From assembly GCA_964516885.1 (NCBI GenBank), contig CAZEXX010000003.1, positions 1 to 48,842 of the forward strand: a stretch of 48,842 bases of DNA. Direction: 5' to 3'. A program made the position numbers and the translations under genes. Below are positions 27,928-37,889 of the stretch, in pieces (the stretch's first letter is position 1; the number at the start of each line of letters is the position of its first letter). The notes under the pieces are model-generated. The model saw nothing but the letters and a program-made list of their open reading frames with translations, did not search any database and had not been told where the DNA came from. The DNA is from an uncultured Anaerolineales bacterium (GTDB taxonomy: Bacteria; Chloroflexota; Anaerolineae; B4-G1; SLSP01).

Positions 27928-30282
27928 ATGCAGATCCTTGTGGTGGGTTCCGGCGGGCGTGAGCACGCCCTGGCGTGGAAGTTGATGCAGTCACCGAAGG
28001 TGGACCAGATCTTCGTTGCCCCCGGCAACGGGGGCACGGCAGTCTTCACACAGAATGTGGACATACCGGTCACCACGAACTCGGAGTTCGCTATCGCCGG
28101 GTTGCTGAACTTCGCCCGCCGAAGAGCGATCGATCTCACCGTCGTCGGTCCCGAGGTCCCCTTGGTCAATGGGATTGTCGATACCTTCCAAACGGCCGGG
28201 CTGCGCGCCTTCGGCCCCTCCGCCGCCGCAGCTCGTCTGGAGGGTTCCAAGGCCTTCGCCAAGGAGTTCATGGTTGCCGAGGGAATTCCGACTGCCCCAG
28301 CCCAGATCTTCGACGACTACGAAGCGGCCAGGGCCTTCCTTGCCCAGCACACCGGTCCCATCGTGGTCAAAGCCAGCGGCCTTGCCGCTGGCAAAGGCGT
28401 GATCCTCTGCGACACGGCGGAAGAGGCGCAGACAGCCCTGCGCCAGATGATGGTTGAGCGCGTCTTCGGCAACGCCGGCGACCGCGTGCTGCTGGAGACC
28501 CTGCTGGAAGGCGAGGAGACCTCGCTGCTGGCTTTCAGCGACGGCACCACAGTGATACCGATGCTGCCCGCCCGTGACTACAAGCGCTCTCTGGACAATG
28601 ATCAGGGCCTCAACACCGGCGGTATGGGTGGCTATGCACCCTCGTCCGTTCTGACTGAGGAGATGATCGAGGCTGTCACCGCCGGCGTCCTGCAGACCAC
28701 CATTGATGGCATGCGCCGCCGCGGCACGCCCTTTGTCGGCGTCCTGTATGCCGGTCTGATGCTCACCGCGGAGGGACCGCAGGTACTGGAGTTCAATGCC
28801 CGCTTCGGAGATCCCGAGACACAGCTCCTGCTGCCGCTCTTGGAATCCGACCTCGTCGACATCATGCTGGCCTGTGTCGAGGGCCGGCTCTCGCCTGGCG
28901 ACGTACGATGGCGATCTGGGTGCAGCGTCGGCGTCGTGCTGGCCTCGGGCGGCTACCCCGGCAGCTACGCAAAGGGCAAGGTGATCACCGGCCTCCAAGA
29001 AGCGGCCAAGATTCCCGCCGGCGTCGCCGGCACGATCTTCCACGCCGGGACACAGCTCCAGGACGACCAGACCGTCACCTCGGGGGGGCGCGTGCTAGCC
29101 GTCATCGCAACCGCAGCCGACCGAGAAACGGCGCGCAGCGAAGCCTACAGAGCCATCAGCAAGATCCATTTTGAGGGTATGCAGTTTCGCACCGATATCG
29201 CGGCGCTGCGCAGCGCAGGGAACCCCGCAGGGGATGTGGCCAACACCGATCGTGCACGGGGCCAGGAGAGCGCCTACGCCGCAGCCGGCGTCGATATTGA
29301 CGCCGGGGAACGCGCCGTGGAATTGATGAAGGCCGCTGTGCGGCAGACCTACACCCCCGAAGTGCTGGGTGGCATTGGTGCCTTTGGCGGCTCCCTGAGC
29401 ATTGAAGCCCTGAGCCGGGCCCACAACCTGGTACTCGTGGCCACCACCGATGGCGTGGGCACCAAGACGATGATCGCGGAGGCCATGGGGATCTACGACA
29501 CCATCGGCCACGACATCGTCAACCACTGCGTCAACGACATCCTCGTCCAGGGCGCCCGTCCCCTGATCTTCCTCGACTACATCGCGGCTGCCAAGCTGGA
29601 CCCGGTCCAGATCGCCACGGTCGTCAACGGCTGTGCCACGGCCTGCAAAGCCGTGGGTTGCGTTTTGATCGGTGGCGAGACTGCCGAGATGCCCGGCGTT
29701 TACAGCCCCGGCTCCTTTGATCTGGTCGGCACCATGATCGGCTGGGTCGACCGCGACGCGCTGATCGACACCAGCGCGCTGCGTCCCGGCGACGTCTGTA
29801 TCGGGATCCCCTCATCAGGGCTCCACACCAACGGGTTCTCCCTGGCCCGCCGTGTACTTGGCCCCATAGGCTGGGACACCGTGGTCCCGGAATTGGGAAG
29901 ATCCGTCGGCGATGCGCTGTTGGCGCCGCACCGACCCTACTTACGAGAGATAGAGGCTCTGTGGAATGCCGGCGTCACCATCAAGGCCATGTCCCACATC
30001 ACCGGCGGGGCCTACGTGAAGAACCTGCCCCGCGTCCTGCCCGACGGCATCGGCGCCCGCATCGACCGCAGCGCATGGGAGGTCCCCGCGATCTTCCGTC
30101 TGATCGAGAAGCTCGGCAAGGTGGACGCGCTGGAGATGTACCGTGTTTACAACATGGGCATGGGGCTCGTCGCGATGGTAGCCCCGGACGACGTCGACAC
30201 AGCGCTTGCCGCTCTGCCGGAGGCCGTCGTAGTGGGCGAAACCACCGCCTGGGATGGCAGCGGCCCCAGGATCATTCTCTAG
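27928..30282 (+). CDS. purDM: fused phosphoribosylamine--glycine ligase (PurD) and AIR synthase (PurM)
   Basis: 784 aa. PurD part: MQILVVGSGGREHALAWKL, AAGKGV, NARFGDPETQ. After ~430 aa, PurM part: ATTDGVGTK, GGETAEMPGVY, SSGLHTNGFSLAR. Confidence 0.93.
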   Translation: MQILVVGSGGREHALAWKLMQSPKVDQIFVAPGNGGTAVFTQNVDIPVTTNSEFAIAGLLNFARRRAIDLTVVGPEVPLVNGIVDTFQTAGLRAFGPSAAAARLEGSKAFAKEFMVAEGIPTAPAQIFDDYEAARAFLAQHTGPIVVKASGLAAGKGVILCDTAEEAQTALRQMMVERVFGNAGDRVLLETLLEGEETSLLAFSDGTTVIPMLPARDYKRSLDNDQGLNTGGMGGYAPSSVLTEEMIEAVTAGVLQTTIDGMRRRGTPFVGVLYAGLMLTAEGPQVLEFNARFGDPETQLLLPLLESDLVDIMLACVEGRLSPGDVRWRSGCSVGVVLASGGYPGSYAKGKVITGLQEAAKIPAGVAGTIFHAGTQLQDDQTVTSGGRVLAVIATAADRETARSEAYRAISKIHFEGMQFRTDIAALRSAGNPAGDVANTDRARGQESAYAAAGVDIDAGERAVELMKAAVRQTYTPEVLGGIGAFGGSLSIEALSRAHNLVLVATTDGVGTKTMIAEAMGIYDTIGHDIVNHCVNDILVQGARPLIFLDYIAAAKLDPVQIATVVNGCATACKAVGCVLIGGETAEMPGVYSPGSFDLVGTMIGWVDRDALIDTSALRPGDVCIGIPSSGLHTNGFSLARRVLGPIGWDTVVPELGRSVGDALLAPHRPYLREIEALWNAGVTIKAMSHITGGAYVKNLPRVLPDGIGARIDRSAWEVPAIFRLIEKLGKVDALEMYRVYNMGMGLVAMVAPDDVDTALAALPEAVVVGETTAWDGSGPRIIL

Positions 30283-30301
30283 CAACAGCCAGGAGGGCAA
30301 C

Positions 30302-32629
30302 ATGAACCACCACTCTCTCGACGGTAGTTGGGATCTCTATGGCTTCCCCGAGCGAAATAGCCCCGTCGGCCACCCATCCGATCTCGCACATCACCGTGAC
30401 GCAGCCCTCTCGGCACAGGTGCCCGGCAATGTCGAATTGGATCTGGCCGCAGCGGGCCGCATCGCAGACCCGCTCTTTGGCGACAACATCCACGCGCTCA
30501 GAGAGTACGAGCTTTACGAGTGGTGGTATGAGCTATCCTTTGAGGCGCCTGTCGCGGCCCTGGACGCCACACGCACGACCGAACTTGTCTTCCAGGGCGT
30601 GGACTGCCTGGCGACCTATTGGCTGAACGGCGAGAAGGTTAGCACCTCCGACAATATGCTAATCGCGCACCACATCGATATCACGGGCGGGCTGCGCCGG
30701 GAGGGTCTCAACACACTCACCGTGCGCCTCGCATCCCCGGTTCTGGAGGCCTTGCGCCGGCCCTTCGATCCCTCGATGGCCACATGGGGATTCGGCGAAG
30801 GGCGGTTGTGGGTACGCAAGGCCGCGCACAGCTACGGGTGGGACATCATGCCCCGGGCCCTATCCGCCGGCCTCTGGCGCTCGGTGGATCTGGTGGTCCA
30901 CGACGAGGATGAGATCCGCGACCTCTATTTCTTCACCCAGTCGATCCACTCGGACAAAGCCATCGTGGGGCTCTATTTCGAGGTCGCCACAGCCCCGGAG
31001 CGCATGCTCGACCTCGGACTGCGCATCACAGGACGGTGCGGCACATCGACCTTCGAGACCCGGCATCCTGTACGCTTCAAAGCCGGCACGATCTCCTTCG
31101 AGGTACCCGCCCCGCATCTCTGGTGGCCGCACGGCTATGGCGACCCGGACCTGTATGAGGCGACTGTCGAGCTGACCGCCGGCAATCGGGTCCTGGCCCG
31201 CAAGACAACATCCTTCGGCATTCGGACACTGGCATTGGTCCGCACCGAGATCACCAGCTTGGAACATCCCGGCGAGTTTCTCTTCAAGGTCAACGACGTC
31301 CCCATCCTATGCAAGGGCACTAACTGGGTACCTGCCGATGTCTTCCACAGCCAGGACGCAGAGCGCATTCCGGCCATCCTCGATATGGCAGTGGACCTCG
31401 GGTGCAACATCATCCGTTGTTGGGGCGGCAACGTCTACGAGGACACGGCATTCTACGAGACCTGCGACCGTCACGGCATCCTGGTCTGGCAGGACTTCGC
31501 CATGGCCTGCGCCCGTCATCCCCAGGATCCGGCGTTCCTGGAGGCCATCCGCAGCGAAGCAGTGGCCGTCGTGCGCAAGCTGCGCGCTCATCCATCCATC
31601 GCGCTCTGGTGCGGGGACAACGAGTGCGACGAGCTCTTTGAGGATCCCGCCCAGAACCGCATTACCCGCGAGGCCCTGCCGCAGGCCGTCACCCAGGCCG
31701 ATCCCTACCGCCCCTATCTGCCCAGCTCGCCCTACATCGCCCCGGAAAGCACCACAAACGGCGGGTTAAGGCCGGAACAACACCTGTGGGGGCCGAGGGA
31801 CTATTTCAAGAGTGACTTCTATACGCAGCACACCGCGCACTTTGTCAGCGAGATCGGCTATCATGGCTGCCCCAACCTCTCCTCCATCAAGAGCTTCATC
31901 GACGATGATCATCTGTGGCCGTGGCAAGACAACACGCAGTGGATGACCCACTGTACCGCACCGGCCATGGAAGATGACGACCGCAAGTTCCGCGTGAAGT
32001 TGATGGCGGACCAGATCCGGGAGCTCTTCGGCATCGAGCCCGAAGATCTGGAGACATTCATCCTGGCCTCACAGATCTCGCAGGCCGAGGCAAAGAAATT
32101 CTTCATTGAGATGACACGCCTGGGCAAGTGGCGGCGCACCGGCGTGATCTGGTGGAACCTGATGGACGGCTGGCCGCAGTTCTCCGATGCCGTGGTCGAC
32201 TACACCTTCGGCAAGAAGCTCGCTTATCACTATATCAAGCGTGTCCAGCAGCCGCTCTGTCTTATGGTCGAGGAGCCCAAGAACTGGCACGTGCGCCTCG
32301 TGGCGGGCAACGACAGCCGCCAGGATCAACGCGGCGAGTACCGGCTCTGGGACGCAGACAGCGGCGAGACCCTGCTGGCGGGTGCTTTCTCAAGCCCGGC
32401 GAACACCAACACCGCGCTGGGCCAGGTCCCCGTCTCGCGGAGTGACCACCGGCTCTTCCTGATTGAGTGGACGACCGGCGTGCCCACGGGCGTACCCGCC
32501 GGCACAACGACCGGCGGCAACCACTACCTTCTGGGCACCCCACCCTTCGCGCTAGATCACTATCGCGCCTGGCTCGCCCAGATCGCGGCCCTGACACCGA
32601 ACTTCCCGGCTACCGACGTGGGCAAGTGA
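30302..32629 (+). CDS. glycoside hydrolase family 2 (beta-mannosidase-like)
   Basis: FQGVDCLATYWLNGEKV, IRCWGGNVYEDTAFYETCDRHGILVWQDF, acid/base-like CGDNEC, nucleophile-like VSEIGYHGCP. ATG 30302 follows AGGAGG; the ORF track starts at 30254. Confidence 0.85.
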   Translation: MNHHSLDGSWDLYGFPERNSPVGHPSDLAHHRDAALSAQVPGNVELDLAAAGRIADPLFGDNIHALREYELYEWWYELSFEAPVAALDATRTTELVFQGVDCLATYWLNGEKVSTSDNMLIAHHIDITGGLRREGLNTLTVRLASPVLEALRRPFDPSMATWGFGEGRLWVRKAAHSYGWDIMPRALSAGLWRSVDLVVHDEDEIRDLYFFTQSIHSDKAIVGLYFEVATAPERMLDLGLRITGRCGTSTFETRHPVRFKAGTISFEVPAPHLWWPHGYGDPDLYEATVELTAGNRVLARKTTSFGIRTLALVRTEITSLEHPGEFLFKVNDVPILCKGTNWVPADVFHSQDAERIPAILDMAVDLGCNIIRCWGGNVYEDTAFYETCDRHGILVWQDFAMACARHPQDPAFLEAIRSEAVAVVRKLRAHPSIALWCGDNECDELFEDPAQNRITREALPQAVTQADPYRPYLPSSPYIAPESTTNGGLRPEQHLWGPRDYFKSDFYTQHTAHFVSEIGYHGCPNLSSIKSFIDDDHLWPWQDNTQWMTHCTAPAMEDDDRKFRVKLMADQIRELFGIEPEDLETFILASQISQAEAKKFFIEMTRLGKWRRTGVIWWNLMDGWPQFSDAVVDYTFGKKLAYHYIKRVQQPLCLMVEEPKNWHVRLVAGNDSRQDQRGEYRLWDADSGETLLAGAFSSPANTNTALGQVPVSRSDHRLFLIEWTTGVPTGVPAGTTTGGNHYLLGTPPFALDHYRAWLAQIAALTPNFPATDVGK

Positions 32630-32662
32630 CACACGACCTTACAGGACTCAAGGAGAAAGCGG

Positions 32663-33262
32663 ATGACGAAGATCGCGGTATTGGTTTCGGGCAGCGGCAC
32701 GAGCCTGCAAGCTATAATCGATGCCGCGGACTGTGGCAGCCTGCCCGGGATCGAGATCGTGGTGGTTATCTCGAACCGCCGCGAGGCCTATGGGGCGCGG
32801 CGCGCCATCCGGCACGGGATTTCCCTGATCTATTTCCCCTTGCTGCCGTACAGTAACGCGGGACGTGCGCGCGAAGACTACGACGCGGATCTGGCCCAAA
32901 TCGTCCAGGGATTCGGCGCCGAATGGGTCGTGCTGGCTGGATGGATGCACATCCTCTCCGACGCGTTCATCAACCGGTTCCCTCAGCGGATTTTGAATTT
33001 GCACCCGGCGCTGCCGGGGACCTTCCCGGGAACCCACGCCATCCAGCGCGCCTTTGAGGCCTACCAGCGCGGCGAGATAGACCACACCGGCATTATGGTT
33101 CATCTCGTCCCGGATGAAGCCGTTGATGCTGGTCCCGTCATCGCTCAACAGACGATCCCCATTCTCCCGGAGGATAGCGCCGAGACGCTGGAGACCCGGA
33201 TTCACGAGGCCGAACACGCGCTGCTGGTTCAGGCAATTCAGCGCCATATCCCGCGTGGCTAG
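32663..33262 (+). CDS. purN: phosphoribosylglycinamide formyltransferase
   Basis: IAVLVSGSGTSLQAIIDA, NLHPALPG, HLVPDEAVDAGPVIAQ. Confidence 0.93.
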   Translation: MTKIAVLVSGSGTSLQAIIDAADCGSLPGIEIVVVISNRREAYGARRAIRHGISLIYFPLLPYSNAGRAREDYDADLAQIVQGFGAEWVVLAGWMHILSDAFINRFPQRILNLHPALPGTFPGTHAIQRAFEAYQRGEIDHTGIMVHLVPDEAVDAGPVIAQQTIPILPEDSAETLETRIHEAEHALLVQAIQRHIPRG

Positions 33263-33318
33263 CCTCGGGGGATAGCCCGTCTGATAGGATCAGAAACCGC
33301 ATTAGAAAGACATTATAC

Positions 33319-33345
33319 TTAGCACTCTGCCTCCGAGACTGCTTG
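33319..33345. promoter_or_regulatory. CIRCE-like (HrcA operator) inverted repeat, degenerate right arm
   Basis: TTAGCACTC-N9-GACTGCTTG versus consensus TTAGCACTC-N9-GAGTGCTAA. The right arm overlaps the -35. Confidence 0.6.
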
Positions 33346-33371
33346 ACAAGGCCCTGCAATCGTGCTATATT
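33343..33371 (+). promoter_or_regulatory. groESL sigma70-type promoter
   Basis: TTGACA (33343-33348), 17-nt spacer, TATATT (33366-33371). Confidence 0.65.
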
Positions 33372-33381
33372 CCTAATGTAC

Positions 33382-33408
33382 TTAGCACTCAATCAACGAG
33401 ACTGCTAA
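33382..33408. promoter_or_regulatory. CIRCE element (HrcA operator)
   Basis: TTAGCACTC-aatcaacga-GACTGCTAA, one mismatch to consensus. Lies between the -10 and the groES SD. Confidence 0.8.
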
Positions 33409-33445
33409 GTCATGCAGACCAATAAATCCTAATCGGAGGTAAGGT

Positions 33446-33751
33446 ATGAGCGTGAAGATTCGACCCCTTGGTGACCGCGTCATTGTTGAACCCAACGAGG
33501 AAACTGATATGACCTTTGCTGGCGGCCAGCTGGTTCTCCCAGACACGGCCAAAGAAAAGCCCCAGCAGGGCACAGTTCTGGCAGTTGGGCCGGAAGTTGA
33601 GGTCGAGGATGAGGACGGCAATGTGGTGGGTCCCGTTGCAGGCGACCTGGTGATCTACGCCAAGTACGCAGGCACGACGTTCAAGACCCGCGAAGGCAAT
33701 GAAATACTGATCCTTCGCATTGACGACATCCTGGGCGTTATCGAGGACTAA
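33446..33751 (+). CDS. groES: co-chaperonin GroES
   Basis: 101 aa. IRPLGDRVIVEP and the mobile-loop region; SD GGAGG upstream. Confidence 0.97.
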   Translation: MSVKIRPLGDRVIVEPNEETDMTFAGGQLVLPDTAKEKPQQGTVLAVGPEVEVEDEDGNVVGPVAGDLVIYAKYAGTTFKTREGNEILILRIDDILGVIED

Positions 33752-33819
33752 CTTGGAGATCCAAGGGACAGCGACCTAACGCCGGTCCTTTGACTAGTAT
33801 TTGGGAGGAATAGATAAAT

Positions 33820-35463
33820 ATGGCTAAGCAGTTGCAGTTTGGTACTCAGGCCCGCAGTAACCTCAAGAGGGGTATGGACGTGCTGGCCAACGCCGTTGTG
33901 ACGACTTTGGGCCCCAAGGGCCGCAATGTTGCTCTGGACAAGAAGTGGGGCTCCCCCACGATCACGCACGATGGTGTGACCGTTGCGAAGGAAATCGAGC
34001 TCGAAGACCCGTTCGAAAACATGGGCGCCCAGCTCCTCAAAGAGGCCGCCACGAAGACAAACGACATCGCCGGTGACGGCACCACAACCGCGACGCTCCT
34101 GGCTCACGTCCTCATCGAAGAGGGTATGAAGAACGTTGCCGCCGGCGCGAACCCGATGCTGCTCAAGCGTGGTATCCTTGAAGCCGCCGACGCCGTCGGC
34201 CGCGCGATCTCCGGGGCCTCCATTGAGGTCAACACCAAGGAGCAGATCGCCAGCGTTGCCTCAATCTCCGCACAGGATCGCCAGATCGGTGAACTGATCG
34301 CTGAGGTGATGGACAAGGTCGGTAAGGACGGCGTCATCACCGTTGAGGAATCCAAGGGCCTCGAGTTCGAGACCGAGTACGTTGAGGGTATGCAATTCGA
34401 CCGCGGTTACATCAGCCCCTACTTCGTCACCAACCCGGACACGATGGAAGCCGAGATCGAGGATGCCTACATCCTGATCCATGACAAGAAGATCTCCTCG
34501 GCACAGGACCTCGTGCCGATTCTGGAGAAGCTGGTGCAGACGGGCGCCCGCAACGTGGTCATCATCGCCGAGGATATCGACGGTGAGGCGCTGGCGACCT
34601 TGGTTATCAACAAGCTGCGTGGTCTGATGACTGCGTTGGCCGTCAAGGCCCCCGGCTTCGGTGATCGCCGCAAGGCTATGCTGCAGGACATCGCCGTTCT
34701 GACCGGTGCTACGCTCATCACTGAAGAGCAGGGCCGCAAGCTCGACGGCGCGACGCTGGCCGACATGGGCCGCGCGGACAGGGTCATCACCACCAAGGAC
34801 GACACCACTATCGTGGGCGGCCGCGGTGAGGATAGCGCTATCACCAGCCGCATCGAGCAGATCAAGGTCGAGACGGATCGCTCCACGTCGGACTATGACC
34901 GCGAGAAGCTGCAGGAACGTCTGGCCAAGCTGGCCGGTGGTGTTGCCATCATCCGTGTTGGTGCCGCGACCGAGACCGAGCTGAAGGAAAAGAAGCACCG
35001 AGTTGAGGACGCCCTGAGCGCAACCCGCGCCGCCGTTGAGGAGGGCATTGTGCCCGGTGGTGGTGTGGCGCTGCTGAATGCGATGAGCGCCCTGGACGAC
35101 GTCAAGATGGACTATCCTGACGAGCAGACCGGTGTCGGTATTCTGCGAAAGGCGCTTGAGAGCCCCATTCGCCGCATCTCCGGCAACGCCGGCAAGGATG
35201 GAGCCGTGATCCTGGCCGATGTCCGCCGCAAGCAGGCCGAGACCGGCAACGACCAGATGGGCTATGATGTTATGACCGGTGAGCATGTCGATATGATCGA
35301 GGCCGGCATCATCGATCCCGTTAAGGTGACCAGAGGCGCACTGCTGAACGCCGCGTCCGTGGCCGCTATGGTGCTCAGCACCGAGGCTCTGATCACCGAT
35401 ATTCCCGAGCCCCCGAGCCCCGCCCCTGCTGCTCCTGGCGGACCCGGCGGTGGGATGTACTAA
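33820..35463 (+). CDS. groEL: chaperonin GroEL
   Basis: 547 aa. [26 protein letters not shown], and a Gly-rich C-terminal tail GGPGGGMY. Confidence 0.98.
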   Translation: MAKQLQFGTQARSNLKRGMDVLANAVVTTLGPKGRNVALDKKWGSPTITHDGVTVAKEIELEDPFENMGAQLLKEAATKTNDIAGDGTTTATLLAHVLIEEGMKNVAAGANPMLLKRGILEAADAVGRAISGASIEVNTKEQIASVASISAQDRQIGELIAEVMDKVGKDGVITVEESKGLEFETEYVEGMQFDRGYISPYFVTNPDTMEAEIEDAYILIHDKKISSAQDLVPILEKLVQTGARNVVIIAEDIDGEALATLVINKLRGLMTALAVKAPGFGDRRKAMLQDIAVLTGATLITEEQGRKLDGATLADMGRADRVITTKDDTTIVGGRGEDSAITSRIEQIKVETDRSTSDYDREKLQERLAKLAGGVAIIRVGAATETELKEKKHRVEDALSATRAAVEEGIVPGGGVALLNAMSALDDVKMDYPDEQTGVGILRKALESPIRRISGNAGKDGAVILADVRRKQAETGNDQMGYDVMTGEHVDMIEAGIIDPVKVTRGALLNAASVAAMVLSTEALITDIPEPPSPAPAAPGGPGGGMY

Positions 35464-35489
35464 ACCGGATTCGGTCTAGAAGACACAAC

Positions 35490-35530
35490 AGCGGGTCGCG
35501 ATTTGGTCGCGACCCGCTTCTTCGTCTCTC
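35490..35530. terminator. bidirectional intrinsic terminator between groEL and feoC
   Basis: 12-bp stem AGCGGGTCGCGA/TCGCGACCCGCT with a 5-nt loop. T-rich tail tcttcgtctctc on the plus strand and UGUUGUGUCUUCU on the minus strand. Confidence 0.75.
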
Positions 35531-35569
35531 TGACAGTGGCCGGACCTGACCATCCGGCTGAAGCGCCCC

Positions 35570-35821
35570 CTACGCCGCCGCCCGCTGCCCCTTCTCCGTC
35601 AACGTCCAGATCCGCAGCCGGCGGTCCTGACCGCACTTCATATGCAGCGAACAACCTTCACACCCGTCCGCACCCATTACAGCCTGGGTCAGATACCCAT
35701 GGGATGCCAACTGCGCGACCATCTGCGACAGCAGCGGCTCTGGGACGTCCAGCGCTGTGACCAGCTCGACCTGCGTCTGGACCTCACCCGTCGCCATCAA
35801 GCTTAGAATTCGCTTTAGCAT
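35570..35821 (-). CDS. feoC: FeoC-like winged-helix protein
   Basis: 83 aa from MLKRILSLMATGEVQTQVEL.... The helix-turn-helix part followed by Cys cluster GCEGCSLHMKC parallels E. coli FeoC. The ORF track extends to 35872, overlapping feoB. Confidence 0.7.
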   Translation of the reverse strand: MLKRILSLMATGEVQTQVELVTALDVPEPLLSQMVAQLASHGYLTQAVMGADGCEGCSLHMKCGQDRRLRIWTLTEKGQRAAA

Positions 35822-35831
35822 CCACCACCCC

Positions 35832-37886
35832 CTACAGCAAAGAGCCGATCTGATATACAGCGATGCCGGCAACCAACGACAGCACCAGCAGCAAGCCCAC
35901 GCCGATGGCCGTCCACTTCCACGACCCGGACTCCTGTTTCATCACCGCGACCGTGGCGATGCAGGGAACGAAGAGCATCTGAAAGACCAGCAGTGCCAGT
36001 GCAGCCGGGGCCGTGAGCAGCGTGGGCAGGACAGCCTCGAAGTCCCCGTAGAGCACGCCGAACGTGGCAATTGTGTTCTCCTTGGCCACAAAGCTCGTCA
36101 GCAGCGCCACCAGCACCGGCCACGGCAGCCCCATCAGCTGCCCCAGCGGCTCAATGGCACGTCCCAGACGCGCTATATAGCTCTGGCCGATGTCCCCGGC
36201 AGCCGGGAAATACGACAGAAACCAGACCACCAGAGAAGCCACCAGGATCACGCTGCCGGCCTTCTGCAGAAAGGCCAAGATGTTCTGCCAAACGTACAGG
36301 CCGATGGTTCGGTGGTTGGGTAGATGGTAGAGCGGCAGCTCCATAATGAAGACAGCCGGCTCCCCCTTCAACACCAGACGGTTCAGCAGGACGCCCAGCG
36401 CGGCCAGGGCCACCAGATTGAGCGCCACCAGCGACCACACCACTAGCCCTGCCGCTTGGCCGAAGAGGGCCGCTCCCAGGATGGTCACGACGGCCAGCTG
36501 GGCCGAACATGGCACAAGTGGGGCCAGCAGGATCGTCAGCAACCGCGCGCGTGGCGACTCGATGATGCGCGCCCCCAGCACGGCGGGGACGTTGCAGCCG
36601 AACCCCAGCAGCAACGGCATGAAGCTCTTGCCGTGCAGACCTAGCATATGCATAAAGCGATCGGTGACGAAGGCGGCCCGCGCCATATAGCCGGTGTCCT
36701 CAAGGAAGCCGAGCGCAGCAAAGAAGATCGCCAAGATCGGCGTGAATGTGATCACCATGCCTGCGCCGCCGATCAGGCCGTCAGAGACCAGGTCTGACAG
36801 CCACGCCGGCAGACCCAATGAGGATAGCCAGCTGGCGGCTCCGCCGGCAAACTGCGCCAGCAGATCCGACAGCCACGCCTGGATGGGACCGGCCACCGCG
36901 TAGGTGAGAAGAAAGACACCGGCCAACACAGCCAGAAGGGCCAGCGTTCCCCAGAACGGATGCGTCAACACAGCATCAAGCCGCGATGTGAGGCCGACCT
37001 GACCGACCTTCGGGCGAACCACAGCAGCGCGGACCATGCGGCCGATCCACGCGTAGCGCGCCCCGGCCACATCCAACACAGCGTCCTCATGCTTATACAG
37101 AATCGCACGGATTTCCTGCCGGACATTCTCCGGCGCCCGATCCTCAACCACCGCGCGGATCTCTTCGTCACCCTCCAACAGCTTGAGCGCCACCCACGGC
37201 ACGGGATAGGGCTCCGGCACATAGTCCGTCACCAGGGCGATCAGGCCGGAGAGGACTTCCTGATGGCTAGCCAGAATGGTGGGGCGGCGGGGCTCGTAGG
37301 CGAAGGTCCCGTCCACTAACGACATGATCGCGTCTAGCATCCGCGCCACCCCCTCGTTGCGAGTGGCCACCATCGGCACGACGGGGATCCCCAGAGCTGC
37401 CTGGAGCACCTCCGGCTCGATCACGATCCCCTCCTGCGCGGCGACATCCATCATATTCATCACCAGCACCACTGGCGCAGGCAGAAGCAGGAGCTCGGCC
37501 AGCAAATAGAGACTGCGCTCGGGAATCGCGGCGTCCACCACCGCGACGACTACATCCGGGGATTCCTGAATAATGTAGTCACGCGCAATACGCTCTTCCA
37601 CTGAGTTGGCCGACAAGCTGTACGTTCCCGGAAGATCCACGAACAGCAGGTCGTGATCCTGATGAAGATGATGCCCCGTCTTCTGCTCGACCGTCTTTCC
37701 GGGCCAGTTGCCGACGTGCTGGGTCAGACCCGTGAGCACGTTGAAGATCGTTGATTTGCCGACATTCGGCTGACCTGCCAGGGCCACAACCACTGTGTCC
37801 AATCCCTGGCTTTCGGGGCCAACCGCGTGCCGTGCATGAGCGAACCGCCCCTCAGTATAGCGTTGCTGACGATGACGCGTATGCAT
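35832..37886 (-). CDS. feoB: ferrous iron transporter FeoB
   Basis: N-terminal G-domain (LAGQPNVGKSTIFNVLTG, VDLPGTYSL) followed by a polytopic membrane domain. Confidence 0.95.
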   Translation of the reverse strand: MHTRHRQQRYTEGRFAHARHAVGPESQGLDTVVVALAGQPNVGKSTIFNVLTGLTQHVGNWPGKTVEQKTGHHLHQDHDLLFVDLPGTYSLSANSVEERIARDYIIQESPDVVVAVVDAAIPERSLYLLAELLLLPAPVVLVMNMMDVAAQEGIVIEPEVLQAALGIPVVPMVATRNEGVARMLDAIMSLVDGTFAYEPRRPTILASHQEVLSGLIALVTDYVPEPYPVPWVALKLLEGDEEIRAVVEDRAPENVRQEIRAILYKHEDAVLDVAGARYAWIGRMVRAAVVRPKVGQVGLTSRLDAVLTHPFWGTLALLAVLAGVFLLTYAVAGPIQAWLSDLLAQFAGGAASWLSSLGLPAWLSDLVSDGLIGGAGMVITFTPILAIFFAALGFLEDTGYMARAAFVTDRFMHMLGLHGKSFMPLLLGFGCNVPAVLGARIIESPRARLLTILLAPLVPCSAQLAVVTILGAALFGQAAGLVVWSLVALNLVALAALGVLLNRLVLKGEPAVFIMELPLYHLPNHRTIGLYVWQNILAFLQKAGSVILVASLVVWFLSYFPAAGDIGQSYIARLGRAIEPLGQLMGLPWPVLVALLTSFVAKENTIATFGVLYGDFEAVLPTLLTAPAALALLVFQMLFVPCIATVAVMKQESGSWKWTAIGVGLLLVLSLVAGIAVYQIGSLL

Positions 37887-37889
37887 GAT

